Below, piece by piece: positions 9,644-18,582 of a stretch of 64,000 nucleotides of DNA. Below the pieces are notes generated by a model, which was given only the letters and a program-made list of their open reading frames with translations, did not search any database and was not told the origin of the DNA. The translations under genes and the position numbers were made by a program. Source of the stretch: an uncultured candidate division Zixibacteria bacterium (lineage in GTDB: Bacteria; Zixibacteria; MSB-5A5; UBA10806; 4484-95); NCBI GenBank assembly GCA_963668625.2, contig CAXXKA010000006.1, forward strand, positions 128,001 through 192,000. Reading direction: 5' to 3'. Each line of letters begins with the position of its first letter. Within the stretch, counting starts at the first letter, position 1.

Positions 9644-9835
9644 ATAATATTACATGGTCTTCCAATATTTTGCTATTGAAGTATAAATATGCTTGAAAAA
9701 CTTGATTTATATAACAATTACCTCTATAATAGAATTATATGATATATAATGGGTTAAGCTCAATCGACTCGTATGAGTTAAATATTATTTGACAAAAAGA
9801 TTCCAATACTATTTACTTTCTGTTAAGAAAGGACT

Positions 9836-10279
9836 TTGCTTATGATATTTTCACAAACAGCTTACTACGCCATGCGGGCTGTATATTATCTATTAACGAC
9901 CAGTGATAACGAATGGCATCTTACAAAAGATGTTGCCGAGTCTACTAAGATACCGGCTCCGTATCTTGCCAGAATCATGTCAACCCTGGCAAAACGCGGT
10001 ATTCTTCGTTCACGCACCGGAATGGGCGGCGGTTTTAGTATCTCGAACGAGGGAATGAACCAAACCCTGTATGATGTCGTTACGCAGTTCGATAATTTCG
10101 ATAATGTACCCGAGTGCATGTTCGGTTTTACAAATTGTAAAGCCGATGATCACAACTATCTTCATGAGAAGTGGACGGATGTGAAAGAGAGGCTGGTCAA
10201 TATGCTCAAGGAAACCAAGCTTGGTGCTTTGAAACATGATCAGGAACTCATCGACTGGCAAAAAGTTGAGTCAGTGTAG
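9836..10279 (+). CDS. Rrf2-family transcriptional regulator
   Basis: FSQTAYYAMRA, IPAPYLARIM, LRSRTGMGGGF wHTH; ECMFGFTNC..LHEKW. Confidence 0.9.
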   Translation: MLMIFSQTAYYAMRAVYYLLTTSDNEWHLTKDVAESTKIPAPYLARIMSTLAKRGILRSRTGMGGGFSISNEGMNQTLYDVVTQFDNFDNVPECMFGFTNCKADDHNYLHEKWTDVKERLVNMLKETKLGALKHDQELIDWQKVESV

Positions 10280-10304
10280 TTATCGAAAATTGATGAATAA
10301 ATTT

Positions 10305-10336
10305 AACCCGGTGATTTGGTATCGCCGGGTTTTTTT
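10305..10336 (+). terminator. Rho-independent terminator
   Basis: AACCCGGTGAT-TTGGT-ATCGCCGGGTT followed by T run. Confidence 0.75.
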
Positions 10337-10396
10337 GTATTTATCGTAACTGATATATTGACCGGAATTTGATATTAGCCTATAATCGATTTCACT

Positions 10397-10798
10397 ATGA
10401 AAGAAGATAAAAAATTCAATTCGGATAAATGCGCCGGATGTTCTGGCAAATGCTGTCGTTATATATTAGTCGACTTACCGACTCCTCGAAGCCGACTGGA
10501 TTATAACAATTATGCCTGGTATCTGGCTCATGAGAAAACAGCTATATATATCGATGAGGGTAAATGGTATCTGGCGGTGTTCAATAAGTGTCGCTATTTG
10601 GGCGAGGACAATCGCTGCAGCGCCTATGATAAACGTTTTCAAGCCTGCAGAGATCACACCGATGAGAACTGCGAATTCGACAGTGATTTCGTTGCTGATA
10701 TCATTATTCGTGATCCGTTCGAGCTTATGGAGTACGGCGAAAAGAAATTCAAGAAAGCCGCCAGAAAACGCAAAATCTCGATGAGGAAGAACAAGTAA
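10397..10798 (+). CDS. YkgJ-family (CxxCxxCC) cysteine-cluster protein
   Basis: CAGCSGKCC, CRYL..NRCSAYDKRFQACR..C. Confidence 0.85.
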   Translation: MKEDKKFNSDKCAGCSGKCCRYILVDLPTPRSRLDYNNYAWYLAHEKTAIYIDEGKWYLAVFNKCRYLGEDNRCSAYDKRFQACRDHTDENCEFDSDFVADIIIRDPFELMEYGEKKFKKAARKRKISMRKNK

Positions 10799-10800
10799 AT

Positions 10801-11249
10801 TCTTTGATTATCTGATGCGAGGTAAATCTGGTGTATTGCTGCTCACCCTGGATCCCGGATCGAGTCCGGGATGACAGTGGGCGGGGATTAGGTGTGTCAT
10901 TCCAAACTTGATTTGGAATCCAGTGAAACGAGTAGCAATCTATTTGATTCTGGAAAGTGACAGCCATCATATATCTTATTCTATACTCTTTGATTATCTG
11001 ATACGAGGCAAATCTGGTGTATTGCTGCTCACCCTGGATCCCGGATCGAGTCCGGGATGACAGTGGGCGGGGATTAGGTGTGTCATTCCAAACTTGATTT
11101 GGAATCCAGTGAAACGAGTAGCAATCTATTTGATTCTGGAAAGTGACAGCCATCATATATCTTATTCTATACTCTTTGATTATCTGATACGAGGCAAATC
11201 TGGTGTATTACTGCTCACCCTGGATCCCGGATCGAGTCCGGGATGACAG
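10801..11249. repeat. Tandem array, 186-bp unit x 2.4, each unit containing two divergent TGTCAT..ATCCAG palindromic elements
   Basis: Units start at 10801, 10987, 11173; element A CTGGATCCCGGATCGAGTCCGGGATGACA (10848-10876), element B TGTCATTCCAAACTTGATTTGGAATCCAG (10895-10923). Confidence 0.92.
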
Positions 11250-11265
11250 ATCAAATATGACAGTA

Positions 11266-11736
11266 TTAAATCTTTGGCGGTTCTATTCCTAGAATTCTCA
11301 AATAATGATTAATCTGTGAGCGGTGATGTATATCATGCTCCAGCAGATGCATCATTATCCACTTGCCGGTAATCATGTGGATTTCGCCGCGCCATTTATG
11401 CGGAATCTCTTTTTCGGTGATTCCCGGACAGCGTTCGAAAAAATCCTCCAGCCTTAACCAGTGATCATTAAGCAAATTCTCGATTTCCGGCTTTGGATAG
11501 CTCGGGCAAGGAGTTAAATCCTTATAGTCTTTGCCATCTATGATTTTGCTTATCCACCAGTTGCTGGCCTCGGCAATATGCATGAAAATATTACCGAGAG
11601 TAATCATCTGGTCTGCCGGCCCCCAATCAAGTTTATCATCGGGAGTTTTTTTCAATGCCTGCATTATTGGCGGTTTAACCTCATCGAACCAGAATTTTCT
11701 GATTATCTCCAATTCCAGCATACCTTTAGTTTCCAT
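11266..11736 (-). CDS. DinB/YfiT-family protein
   Basis: TLGNIFMHIAEA..W and HLLEHDIHHRSQI..YLRILGIEPP metal-binding His pattern. Confidence 0.88.
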   Translation of the reverse strand: METKGMLELEIIRKFWFDEVKPPIMQALKKTPDDKLDWGPADQMITLGNIFMHIAEASNWWISKIIDGKDYKDLTPCPSYPKPEIENLLNDHWLRLEDFFERCPGITEKEIPHKWRGEIHMITGKWIMMHLLEHDIHHRSQINHYLRILGIEPPKI

Positions 11737-11804
11737 CTTTGCTCCTTATTTTTAGTAATAATACTATATTCCTCGACAGGCTTTTTAGGTCTCCTAAAAG
11801 TATC

Positions 11805-11833
11805 TTGACTATTGTTACCCAGAATTTTATAAA
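11805..11833 (+). promoter_or_regulatory. sigma70-type promoter
   Basis: TTGACT-N17-TATAAA upstream of transketolase, SD GGAGGAG. Confidence 0.6.
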
Positions 11834-11870
11834 GCTATATGTAATTTATTAAATTTAAACTGGAGGAGCA

Positions 11871-14234
11871 ATGTCTTTAACCAATATCACCGGCAAAAAG
11901 CTCGAATTCGGCAACAGAAGAGCACTCTATCTGGATATCACCGAGTTTAAAGATCAGCCAGGATCCATCGGCAACGACACTATCGATTCTTTGAATAAAT
12001 TCAATCTCTGGTATCGAACCCTGTGCTCGATACTGTTCAACTTTGCTCAATCCGGCCATCCCGGCGGCAGTGTCTCCTCAGGTCATTTCGTCTCCTCGGC
12101 TATTATCGAGACGATGGATTACGATATCAGCGATCCCGACCGGGCTGACAACGATATGATTAGCTATGCCGCCGGTCATAAGGCGCTGGGTTTGTACGCC
12201 ATGTGGGCCTCCCGTAACGAGATGCTTCGCATTGCCAATCCTGAAATCCTGCCCGAGGAGAGAAAACAGCTCCGGTTGGAGGATATGCTTGGTTTCCGGA
12301 GAAACCCTACTCAGGACACCCCTCTGTTCAAGAAGTTCAATGCCAAACCTCTTGATGGTCACCCGACTCCGATGACTCCTTTTTTGAAGCTCTCGACCGG
12401 CCCCTCCGGCGTGGGCGTACCCGCCTCACTGGGATTAGCGATGGGAGCGCTGGATAGATTCGGTAAGAACCATCCGAAAGTGCATATTATCGAGGGCGAG
12501 GGCGGCATGACTCCCGGACGAGTATCAGAGGCATTGGCAACCGCCAGCTCTGGTCTGCTCAAAAACGTTATCCTTCATGTAGACTGGAACCAGGCCTCGA
12601 TTGATTCCAACAACGTATGCCGTAACGGCGCCACGCCCGGCGACTACGTGCAATGGGATCCGATCGAATTTTTATACCTTCACGATTGGAATGTGATCTA
12701 CGTTCCCGATGGTTTCGATTACGATATGGTCATTCGTGCCCAGCGAATCGCCAAGGAGGGATTAAACGATCAACCCACCGCTATCGTGTATAAAACCGTT
12801 AAGGGTTGGCGTTACGGTATAGAGGGCAAAGCCTCGCACGGGGCAGGACACAAATTCTGCTCGGATGAATATTACAAATCGCTCGAGGAATTCGAAAACG
12901 CTTTCAATTTCAAACTTCCGAGGCTGGAACAACAAAGTACCCCCGAGGAGTTGGAGCAGTTATACTACGACACCCTTTTGGCGCTTCGCAATGTGGCCGA
13001 ATCGGAAACCGAGATGCATGGCTATATCGCCAGAAGAGTAGCCGGCAGCAAAGACAGGCTCGATAAACTTAATCGTAAGCCGCGACCGGATGCTCCCGAT
13101 TTGAGCAAGTTGTACAGCGATAGCAGCATCGATTCCCAGAAGATACCCGAAAGCCTTCAGCTGGCTCCCGGCGCCAAATCGACTCTTCGCGGCGAACTGG
13201 GCAAGTGCCTGGGCTATCTCAACAATCATACCAGTGGCGCATTTATAGGCGGGGCGGCCGATCTTCTGGGCTCGACCTCGGTAAATAAATTGAATGGTGA
13301 TTACCCCGGCGGATTTTATAATTTCGTCAATAACTCCAAGGCTCGTTTGATCGCGGTCGGTGGTATTTGCGAGGATGCCCTGGGCGCATTCATGACAGGC
13401 GTATCATCGTTTGGTTTCAATATAGGGGTGAGCGCCTCGTACGCGGCTTTCATCGCGGCCCTGGAGCATATCGCGGCTCGTGTGCATTGTATAAGCCAGC
13501 AGGCCCGTCACGATTTCAACGGCGAGCCGTTCAAGACCTTCATCATGATATGTGGTCATGCCGGATTGAAAACCGGTGAGGATGGCCCCACGCACGCCGA
13601 TCCGCAGGCGCTTCAACTTCTACAGGAAAATTTCCCGCATGGAAAAGCCATTACGTTAGTACCCTGGGACCCGCAGGAACTCTGGCCGCTTCTGGTCGAG
13701 GGCTTGAAAAAACAGCCCGCGTTGTTAGCACCGTACGTTACCCGCCCCAGCGAGGCGATAATAGATCGCGCCAAGTTTTATCTTCCCCCGGCAACCGAGG
13801 CTGTCAAGGGTGTGTACCAGTTCCGCAAAGCCGATCCGAACAAAGCTCCGTATCACGGCACTGTCGTGTTGCAGGGCAGCGCTGTTACCAACGATTTTGT
13901 CACTTACGTGCTGCCTAAGCTGGATGAGGGCGGTTACAATATGAATATTTACTATGCCGCAAGCGCCGAGCTGTTCTCGCTTCTGCCTGAGGATGAGCAA
14001 GAGGCTATTTTCCCGGAGGCAAGGCGGGCTGAGGCGATGGGTATCACCGGTTTCACCTTTCCGACTATCTATCGCTGGGTGACCTCTGATTACGGTCGTA
14101 AGCACTCGATTCACTCTTTCAGCAAGGGGATTTATCCCGGCTCCGGCAAAGCTGATAAAGTGATGCAGGAGGTTGGCCTGGATGGCGTGGCACAATGGGC
14201 AAAGATTCAGGAATATATAAAAGGCAGAGCTTAG
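11871..14234 (+). CDS. Transketolase-family TPP enzyme (divergent, 787 aa)
   Basis: SGHPGG, AAGHKA, LDGHPT, STGPSG, EGEGG..DWNQASID, GGAADL, GICE, TGEDGPTH. Confidence 0.8.
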   Translation: MSLTNITGKKLEFGNRRALYLDITEFKDQPGSIGNDTIDSLNKFNLWYRTLCSILFNFAQSGHPGGSVSSGHFVSSAIIETMDYDISDPDRADNDMISYAAGHKALGLYAMWASRNEMLRIANPEILPEERKQLRLEDMLGFRRNPTQDTPLFKKFNAKPLDGHPTPMTPFLKLSTGPSGVGVPASLGLAMGALDRFGKNHPKVHIIEGEGGMTPGRVSEALATASSGLLKNVILHVDWNQASIDSNNVCRNGATPGDYVQWDPIEFLYLHDWNVIYVPDGFDYDMVIRAQRIAKEGLNDQPTAIVYKTVKGWRYGIEGKASHGAGHKFCSDEYYKSLEEFENAFNFKLPRLEQQSTPEELEQLYYDTLLALRNVAESETEMHGYIARRVAGSKDRLDKLNRKPRPDAPDLSKLYSDSSIDSQKIPESLQLAPGAKSTLRGELGKCLGYLNNHTSGAFIGGAADLLGSTSVNKLNGDYPGGFYNFVNNSKARLIAVGGICEDALGAFMTGVSSFGFNIGVSASYAAFIAALEHIAARVHCISQQARHDFNGEPFKTFIMICGHAGLKTGEDGPTHADPQALQLLQENFPHGKAITLVPWDPQELWPLLVEGLKKQPALLAPYVTRPSEAIIDRAKFYLPPATEAVKGVYQFRKADPNKAPYHGTVVLQGSAVTNDFVTYVLPKLDEGGYNMNIYYAASAELFSLLPEDEQEAIFPEARRAEAMGITGFTFPTIYRWVTSDYGRKHSIHSFSKGIYPGSGKADKVMQEVGLDGVAQWAKIQEYIKGRA

Positions 14235-14251
14235 ATATCTCTATTCAAATC

Positions 14252-14284
14252 AAAGCCGCTCGATGAATGTCGGGCGGCTTTTTT
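14252..14284 (+). terminator. Rho-independent terminator
   Basis: AAAGCCGCTCGAT..GTCGGGCGGCTTTTTT. Confidence 0.8.
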
Positions 14285-14599
14285 GTTGATCCTAAAAAAC
14301 ACCGGTATATCCGATGTGTACGTTTGAGGCGAAGCGTTGTTATTTTTTTCTTGTTTCAAAACTCCGATTTGGAAACGGTTGTATTCGAGAAACCTAGTTT
14401 CGATTTTTATTTGATTATCGATAGAATGTCCAAGCGAAGATTATAAAATACGGTTGAATGCAGAAGACGAGAGCATCTGCCAGCCACGGAAATTTAACCT
14501 GAATATATCCGTATGCAGAGTATATTTATAGTAAAGGAGATGGTACGATAAAAGCATCTTGCTAATCTATTCTGTTGGTGTTAGAGCTTCGGTAATGAA

Positions 14600-14770
14600 T
14601 TTCTAACTGGAGCGGATAGGTTATAGGCTGAACTGAATGCTTGAGGCCAGACCTCGTAAAGGAGATTAATCAGACCTGTAACCGAATTGCCACCATAAGG
14701 CAAAGACCTTGAATAGGAGTTTGGTAGGCGCCGACAGAGAGTCTGCTCCAGTGATAACCATAGAATGGAG
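14600..14770 (+). ncRNA. Candidate IS110 bridge RNA in left non-coding end
   Basis: Stems 14606-14616/14742-14752 and 14619-14631/14670-14683; internal ATAGGAG (14713-14719) identical to the element's right end. Confidence 0.6.
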
Positions 14771-14777
14771 CAAGAAG

Positions 14778-15791
14778 ATGAGGTACTTAGGAGTAGACCT
14801 TCACACAAACAGTTTGACCGTGTGTTACCTGACAGCCGGTGGTCGGGAGAGGATCAAGGAGTATCGGCTAAAGGATCTAAAGGAATTTAAACGAGGATTA
14901 AAAAAGACGGATTGTGTAGCGGTTGAGGCCACTGGCAACACTCGTTATTTCGTTGATGAGATATCGCATTTGGTCAAGCGAGTTGTTGTCGTCGATCCGA
15001 ACAAATTTGAGATAATCAAATCATCAGTCAGTAAGACGGATGAAAACGATGCCAGGAACTTAGCCTATTTTATGAGCAAAGACATGTTGCCGAAAGCCCG
15101 ATTAAAGACGAAAGATAAAGCGCAGATCAGTTCACTTGTTGGGACACGGGACAAGCTGGTCAAGTTACGTACAGCTTTGAAGAATAAAATACACAACATA
15201 CTCAATCATCATGGTATCAAGAGTAAAAAGGAGGCCTACTCCAGCAACAAGAGTTTGGAGCGGGTTCTAAAGATGAATTTTGATGAGGTTGTTTCTGTTG
15301 AGCTTGAGGTATTGGTTGATCAGATTCGCAGTTTGAATGAGGGGATAAAAAAGCTGGACAAACAGATAGAGGATCAGGGTCGCAAGTTGAACGGGCATAA
15401 GAACCTGACCAGCATCAAAGGAATCGGCAGCAAATCAGCTACAGTGTTGCTTTCGGTAATTGGTGATGTTGCTGATTTTTCGGACAAAGATAAATTGGCC
15501 TCATATTTTGGCGTAGTGCCGCGAGTTTCCAATTCAAACGAGATTCAGCATCATGGTCGGATTACCAAGCGTGGTTCTAAGATTGGTCGGACTACACTGG
15601 TGCAGTGTACGCTTGTTGCCATACGATATAACCATTACTTGAGTAAATATTACAATCGTATAAAAAACCGTCGTGGCAGCGGTAAGGCTATCATTGCCAC
15701 AGCCAGAAAATTACTGGGAATAATCTATGACACCTTGAAAAATAATTGGGTGTTTGAAGATTTCCCTAACTTTGTGTTAGCAAACAGATAA
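14778..15791 (+). CDS. IS110-family transposase/recombinase (DEDD + Tnp20 domains)
   Basis: MRYLGVDLH, VAVEATG, KTDENDA, LTSIKGIG, SYFGVVPRVSNS, ITKRGS, KAIIATARKLL. Confidence 0.95.
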   Translation: MRYLGVDLHTNSLTVCYLTAGGRERIKEYRLKDLKEFKRGLKKTDCVAVEATGNTRYFVDEISHLVKRVVVVDPNKFEIIKSSVSKTDENDARNLAYFMSKDMLPKARLKTKDKAQISSLVGTRDKLVKLRTALKNKIHNILNHHGIKSKKEAYSSNKSLERVLKMNFDEVVSVELEVLVDQIRSLNEGIKKLDKQIEDQGRKLNGHKNLTSIKGIGSKSATVLLSVIGDVADFSDKDKLASYFGVVPRVSNSNEIQHHGRITKRGSKIGRTTLVQCTLVAIRYNHYLSKYYNRIKNRRGSGKAIIATARKLLGIIYDTLKNNWVFEDFPNFVLANR

Positions 15792-15828
15792 CTGAAATTT
15801 GGAGTAGACTTTTATCATAGGAGTATGT

Positions 15829-16015
15829 ATGTCGGGACTTGCAATGCTTGCTAAAATCATTTCCCTGATTGCTCTACTTCGAGTATTAGTGATTACTGAA
15901 TCACCGTTTCTTTGTGCTGGCATGTTTATATTTCTGGATATTAGATAGGTTTGTTGGCAGGTGGGTAATATTCGGTATAGTATCGGTTTTAGGAGTTGCG
16001 ATAGGGTTGGTATAG
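15829..16015 (+). pseudogene. Remnant of small membrane protein gene directly after IS110
   Basis: MSGLAMLAKIISLIALLRVLVITESPFLCAGMF then frame change to YFWILDRFVGRWVIFGIVSVLGVAIGLV*; all hydrophobic. Confidence 0.4.
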
Positions 16016-16018
16016 TAA

Positions 16019-16750
16019 TTATAAACTTAGTTGTGATGGCGAAATTTCAGGGTAATTATCCCAGATTTGGCCCTCTAATAACCGCCCCGTTTTCTTCTTA
16101 TTAACGCCGCCCCATTGTTTGAAGAAAAACGGTATGCCGTGCTTGACACATCTATTTCTGATTTGGATTACCCAGCATCCATCAATAGGTCGCGAACGAG
16201 GGCCCGACTCGCCGCCGACTATAACCCAATCTATCTTTTTCGTTGGGAAATCAGGTATGGCGGAAAGCAAAGGTTCCATCGAAACGAATCTTATAAAAGC
16301 CGGCACTTTGCCGAGATCATCCATCCTGTAAACGTAATCGGAATTTTCAACACTGACTCCCATCCAGATATTTTTCGGCCATGGTAATTTCGGCGCGATC
16401 TCGACTAAGCGTTTCGACCTTTTGGTGAGTATTTGAAAAGTATGCCAGTGAGCCTTGCTCATCACATCGAACATTTTTATAATGAAGCTATCAGGGATGT
16501 CTTCATGAAACAGATCGCTCATCGAGTTAACGAAAATAACCTGAGGCTTTTTCCATTTGAGAGGCTGTTCTATTTCATGCGGGTGAAGAGTAACATTGAA
16601 ACCATCTTTATACTTAGGCTGTCCCATTTTCATCAGACGGTGAGCCATACGCTCGGCATAGCAGTTGCGACAACCCGGGCTGGCTTTTGTACATCCGGTC
16701 ACCGGGTTCCAGCTTGTGCCTGTCCATTCTATTTTAGTTGGTTGTGGCAT
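16019..16750 (-). CDS. Gp37/Gp68 (DUF5131) radical-SAM-like protein
   Basis: TKIEWT..SWNPVTGCTKASPGCRNCYAE (CX6CX2C), FVNSMSDLFH, FQILTKR, WMGVSVE, WVIVGGESG, FFFKQWGG. Confidence 0.93.
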   Translation of the reverse strand: MPQPTKIEWTGTSWNPVTGCTKASPGCRNCYAERMAHRLMKMGQPKYKDGFNVTLHPHEIEQPLKWKKPQVIFVNSMSDLFHEDIPDSFIIKMFDVMSKAHWHTFQILTKRSKRLVEIAPKLPWPKNIWMGVSVENSDYVYRMDDLGKVPAFIRFVSMEPLLSAIPDFPTKKIDWVIVGGESGPRSRPIDGCWVIQIRNRCVKHGIPFFFKQWGGVNKKKTGRLLEGQIWDNYPEISPSQLSL

Positions 16751-16759
16751 AAGTATAAT

Positions 16760-17647
16760 TTATAATAACTCTTGTTGTGGGTAAATGTATTTTCTTATTT
16801 TCTCACAGAATTCATAACCTTTTTTGTTTTTACTAGCAAATATCATATAATATAGTACTACATTTTTTTCCATCTTTACTGGGAAAACGTATTTATTCGT
16901 ATATTTATCCGGCGGTTTTTTGTAACCATTTTTATACAATTCATCCAGATACAAATTAATCAACTTTTCCCCCCAGAATCTTATATCACCGTTTTTGTAC
17001 TGTTTATTGATTATTTGCCATTTATCAGAATTAAAGAAACGGTTATATTTATCTAAAGTATGTGAAGATCCTCTCTTAAAGTCCATTCCAATGGGAAGAT
17101 TAATTAATAGATCTACTAATTTATTGCTTGTCAGCTTAATTATTGTTTTAAAATCAAGTTCACTCATATTACTAGGATCGAGCATACAAAAACTGAGTGA
17201 TTTTCTTGATAATTGTTTATTAATTTTTTCAGCAATGTCATTAGCATCTTCATTGTAAATTTGAATATTTTGAGTTGCATTTTTTGTTCGGTATTCTATT
17301 GCCCGGTAACAGTCATTATTAAGATCATTAAGAAATATATTGGAATAATTATATTTAAGAGCCATAAAAACTGGGCTTCTTTTTTCATCGCCGGTTTTAC
17401 GATCAAAATAATAACCAGGTCCACAATATAAATCTATATAATTGATTTCATTGAACCTATGTTTCATTCCTTTTGTTAAAATCCCGCTATAGTCATCTAC
17501 TATTTTTACTTTTTCCTCTGCCCAAAAAGAAGCGCATCTTGCTGGATGTTCATCTGAAGCGTTACTAATAGTACACAGATTGTTTTGGCGGTAGTGGTAT
17601 TTGTTTTTTTGACATTCGTTACAGTGTGGATTAATAAATCCTTCCAT
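16760..17647 (-). CDS. tcmP: Three-Cys-motif partner protein (TcmP-like SAM methyltransferase fold)
   Basis: WAEEK, YIDLYCGPG (SAM motif I), FCMLDP, DLLINLP, LYYMIFASKN..G; immediately upstream of DUF5131; very AT-rich. Confidence 0.85.
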   Translation of the reverse strand: MEGFINPHCNECQKNKYHYRQNNLCTISNASDEHPARCASFWAEEKVKIVDDYSGILTKGMKHRFNEINYIDLYCGPGYYFDRKTGDEKRSPVFMALKYNYSNIFLNDLNNDCYRAIEYRTKNATQNIQIYNEDANDIAEKINKQLSRKSLSFCMLDPSNMSELDFKTIIKLTSNKLVDLLINLPIGMDFKRGSSHTLDKYNRFFNSDKWQIINKQYKNGDIRFWGEKLINLYLDELYKNGYKKPPDKYTNKYVFPVKMEKNVVLYYMIFASKNKKGYEFCEKIRKYIYPQQELL

Positions 17648-17701
17648 AGATAACCCCTTTCATTTGATAGGATATAGTAGGAATAATCAATCTTAGACAA
17701 T

Positions 17702-17734
17702 AAAAAACTCCCAATTACCATAATTGGGAGTTTT
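17702..17734 (-). terminator. Rho-independent terminator (bidirectional-looking)
   Basis: AAAAAACTCCCAATTA-CCA-TAATTGGGAGTTTT. Confidence 0.8.
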
Positions 17735-17763
17735 CAAGCTCATATCAGCTTTTATGCAGAATC

Positions 17764-18582
17764 TTAGAATCCCCAGGTCAGGCGAGCGCCGAGATTAAAT
17801 GACTGGGCAGAGTTCTTGCCCATGACATTGTACAGGCCGGAAAGTTTCAAGCCAATCTGCGGATTGACCTGATACTCGGCGTACGGACCGACACGGAACC
17901 ACTGAGTGCCACTGTCGGAAACATCAAGATCATTCCAGGTGGCATCCTGGCCGAAACCGGTCTGCATCTCGATACCGGGCATGACCTGCGGGCTGACCCA
18001 ATAACCCCAATCGGCATTGGCCCAAACCTCGCTACCGGGTTTGTAATTGTAGTCGGAATTTTCCATGCGCAGGTTGTAATACACGGAGGCCTGTCCGCGC
18101 CACTGCTCGGTCTCTTTGGCGAAAGCTACGCCGGGACGAATATTGAGCTGGCCCGTGCCCAGACTTTTCTCGTCGTCGCCGGTCGGCAGATCGGCCCACA
18201 ACCAGGCGGAGAGATACATTCCCTCTTTATGATTGTCGATCAGCCAATAAGCAGCCGAAAGCTGAATGTCACCGATACCGGCCTCGGAATCAACGTTAGG
18301 CTGATTGTCGGAAACGAACGGCAGGAACGCGCTCACCATCCAACGATTTTCACCGAACATGCCGTAGTAGGACGGCCTGGCGGCGAAACCCATCTGGCTC
18401 CAGGACTCGCTGTAGTCATAGGAGTCACCATCCGAGTTATAGGCTTTGCTGGCGGTCGAAAAACCGGGGTAAGCCTGAAGATAGAAACCGGGAGAATAAG
18501 GCACGTTGTCGAAATCGGCAAATTCACCGAACGCGCTGGCGGTCAGCATCAAGCCGACCATAACTGTTAATACGATTCTCAT
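17764..18582 (-). CDS. Outer-membrane beta-barrel 'transporter' (phenol MetA-degradation-like family)
   Basis: Signal peptide, GIGDIQL, LPTGDDEKSLGTG, YKPGSE, C-terminal aromatic F. Confidence 0.7.
   Translation of the reverse strand: MRIVLTVMVGLMLTASAFGEFADFDNVPYSPGFYLQAYPGFSTASKAYNSDGDSYDYSESWSQMGFAARPSYYGMFGENRWMVSAFLPFVSDNQPNVDSEAGIGDIQLSAAYWLIDNHKEGMYLSAWLWADLPTGDDEKSLGTGQLNIRPGVAFAKETEQWRGQASVYYNLRMENSDYNYKPGSEVWANADWGYWVSPQVMPGIEMQTGFGQDATWNDLDVSDSGTQWFRVGPYAEYQVNPQIGLKLSGLYNVMGKNSAQSFNLGARLTWGF

Larger units (their letters stand above)
14584..15823 (+). mobile_element. IS110-family insertion sequence (ends inferred)
   Basis: Transposase gene, ~190 nt structured left end, short right end GTAGACTTTTATCATAGGAG; GAG present at both inferred junctions (14584-14586, 15821-15823); no terminal inverted repeats. 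Confidence 0.75.

Noticed and set aside
10749-11156. 135-aa ORF with internal repeat
   Set aside because: It is the translation of the 186-bp tandem repeat; no SD or protein-family signal.
10801-11249. CRISPR array
   Set aside because: Sequences between palindromes are identical between units, period is 186 bp, and no cas genes are present.
14581-14808. 75-aa minus-strand ORF and TTG-start extension of the IS110 transposase
   Set aside because: Overlap the structured left end; homology starts at MRYLGVDLH (14778).
16019-16750. Prophage, based on the 'phage Gp37/Gp68' family name
   Set aside because: No structural, terminase or integrase genes in the window.
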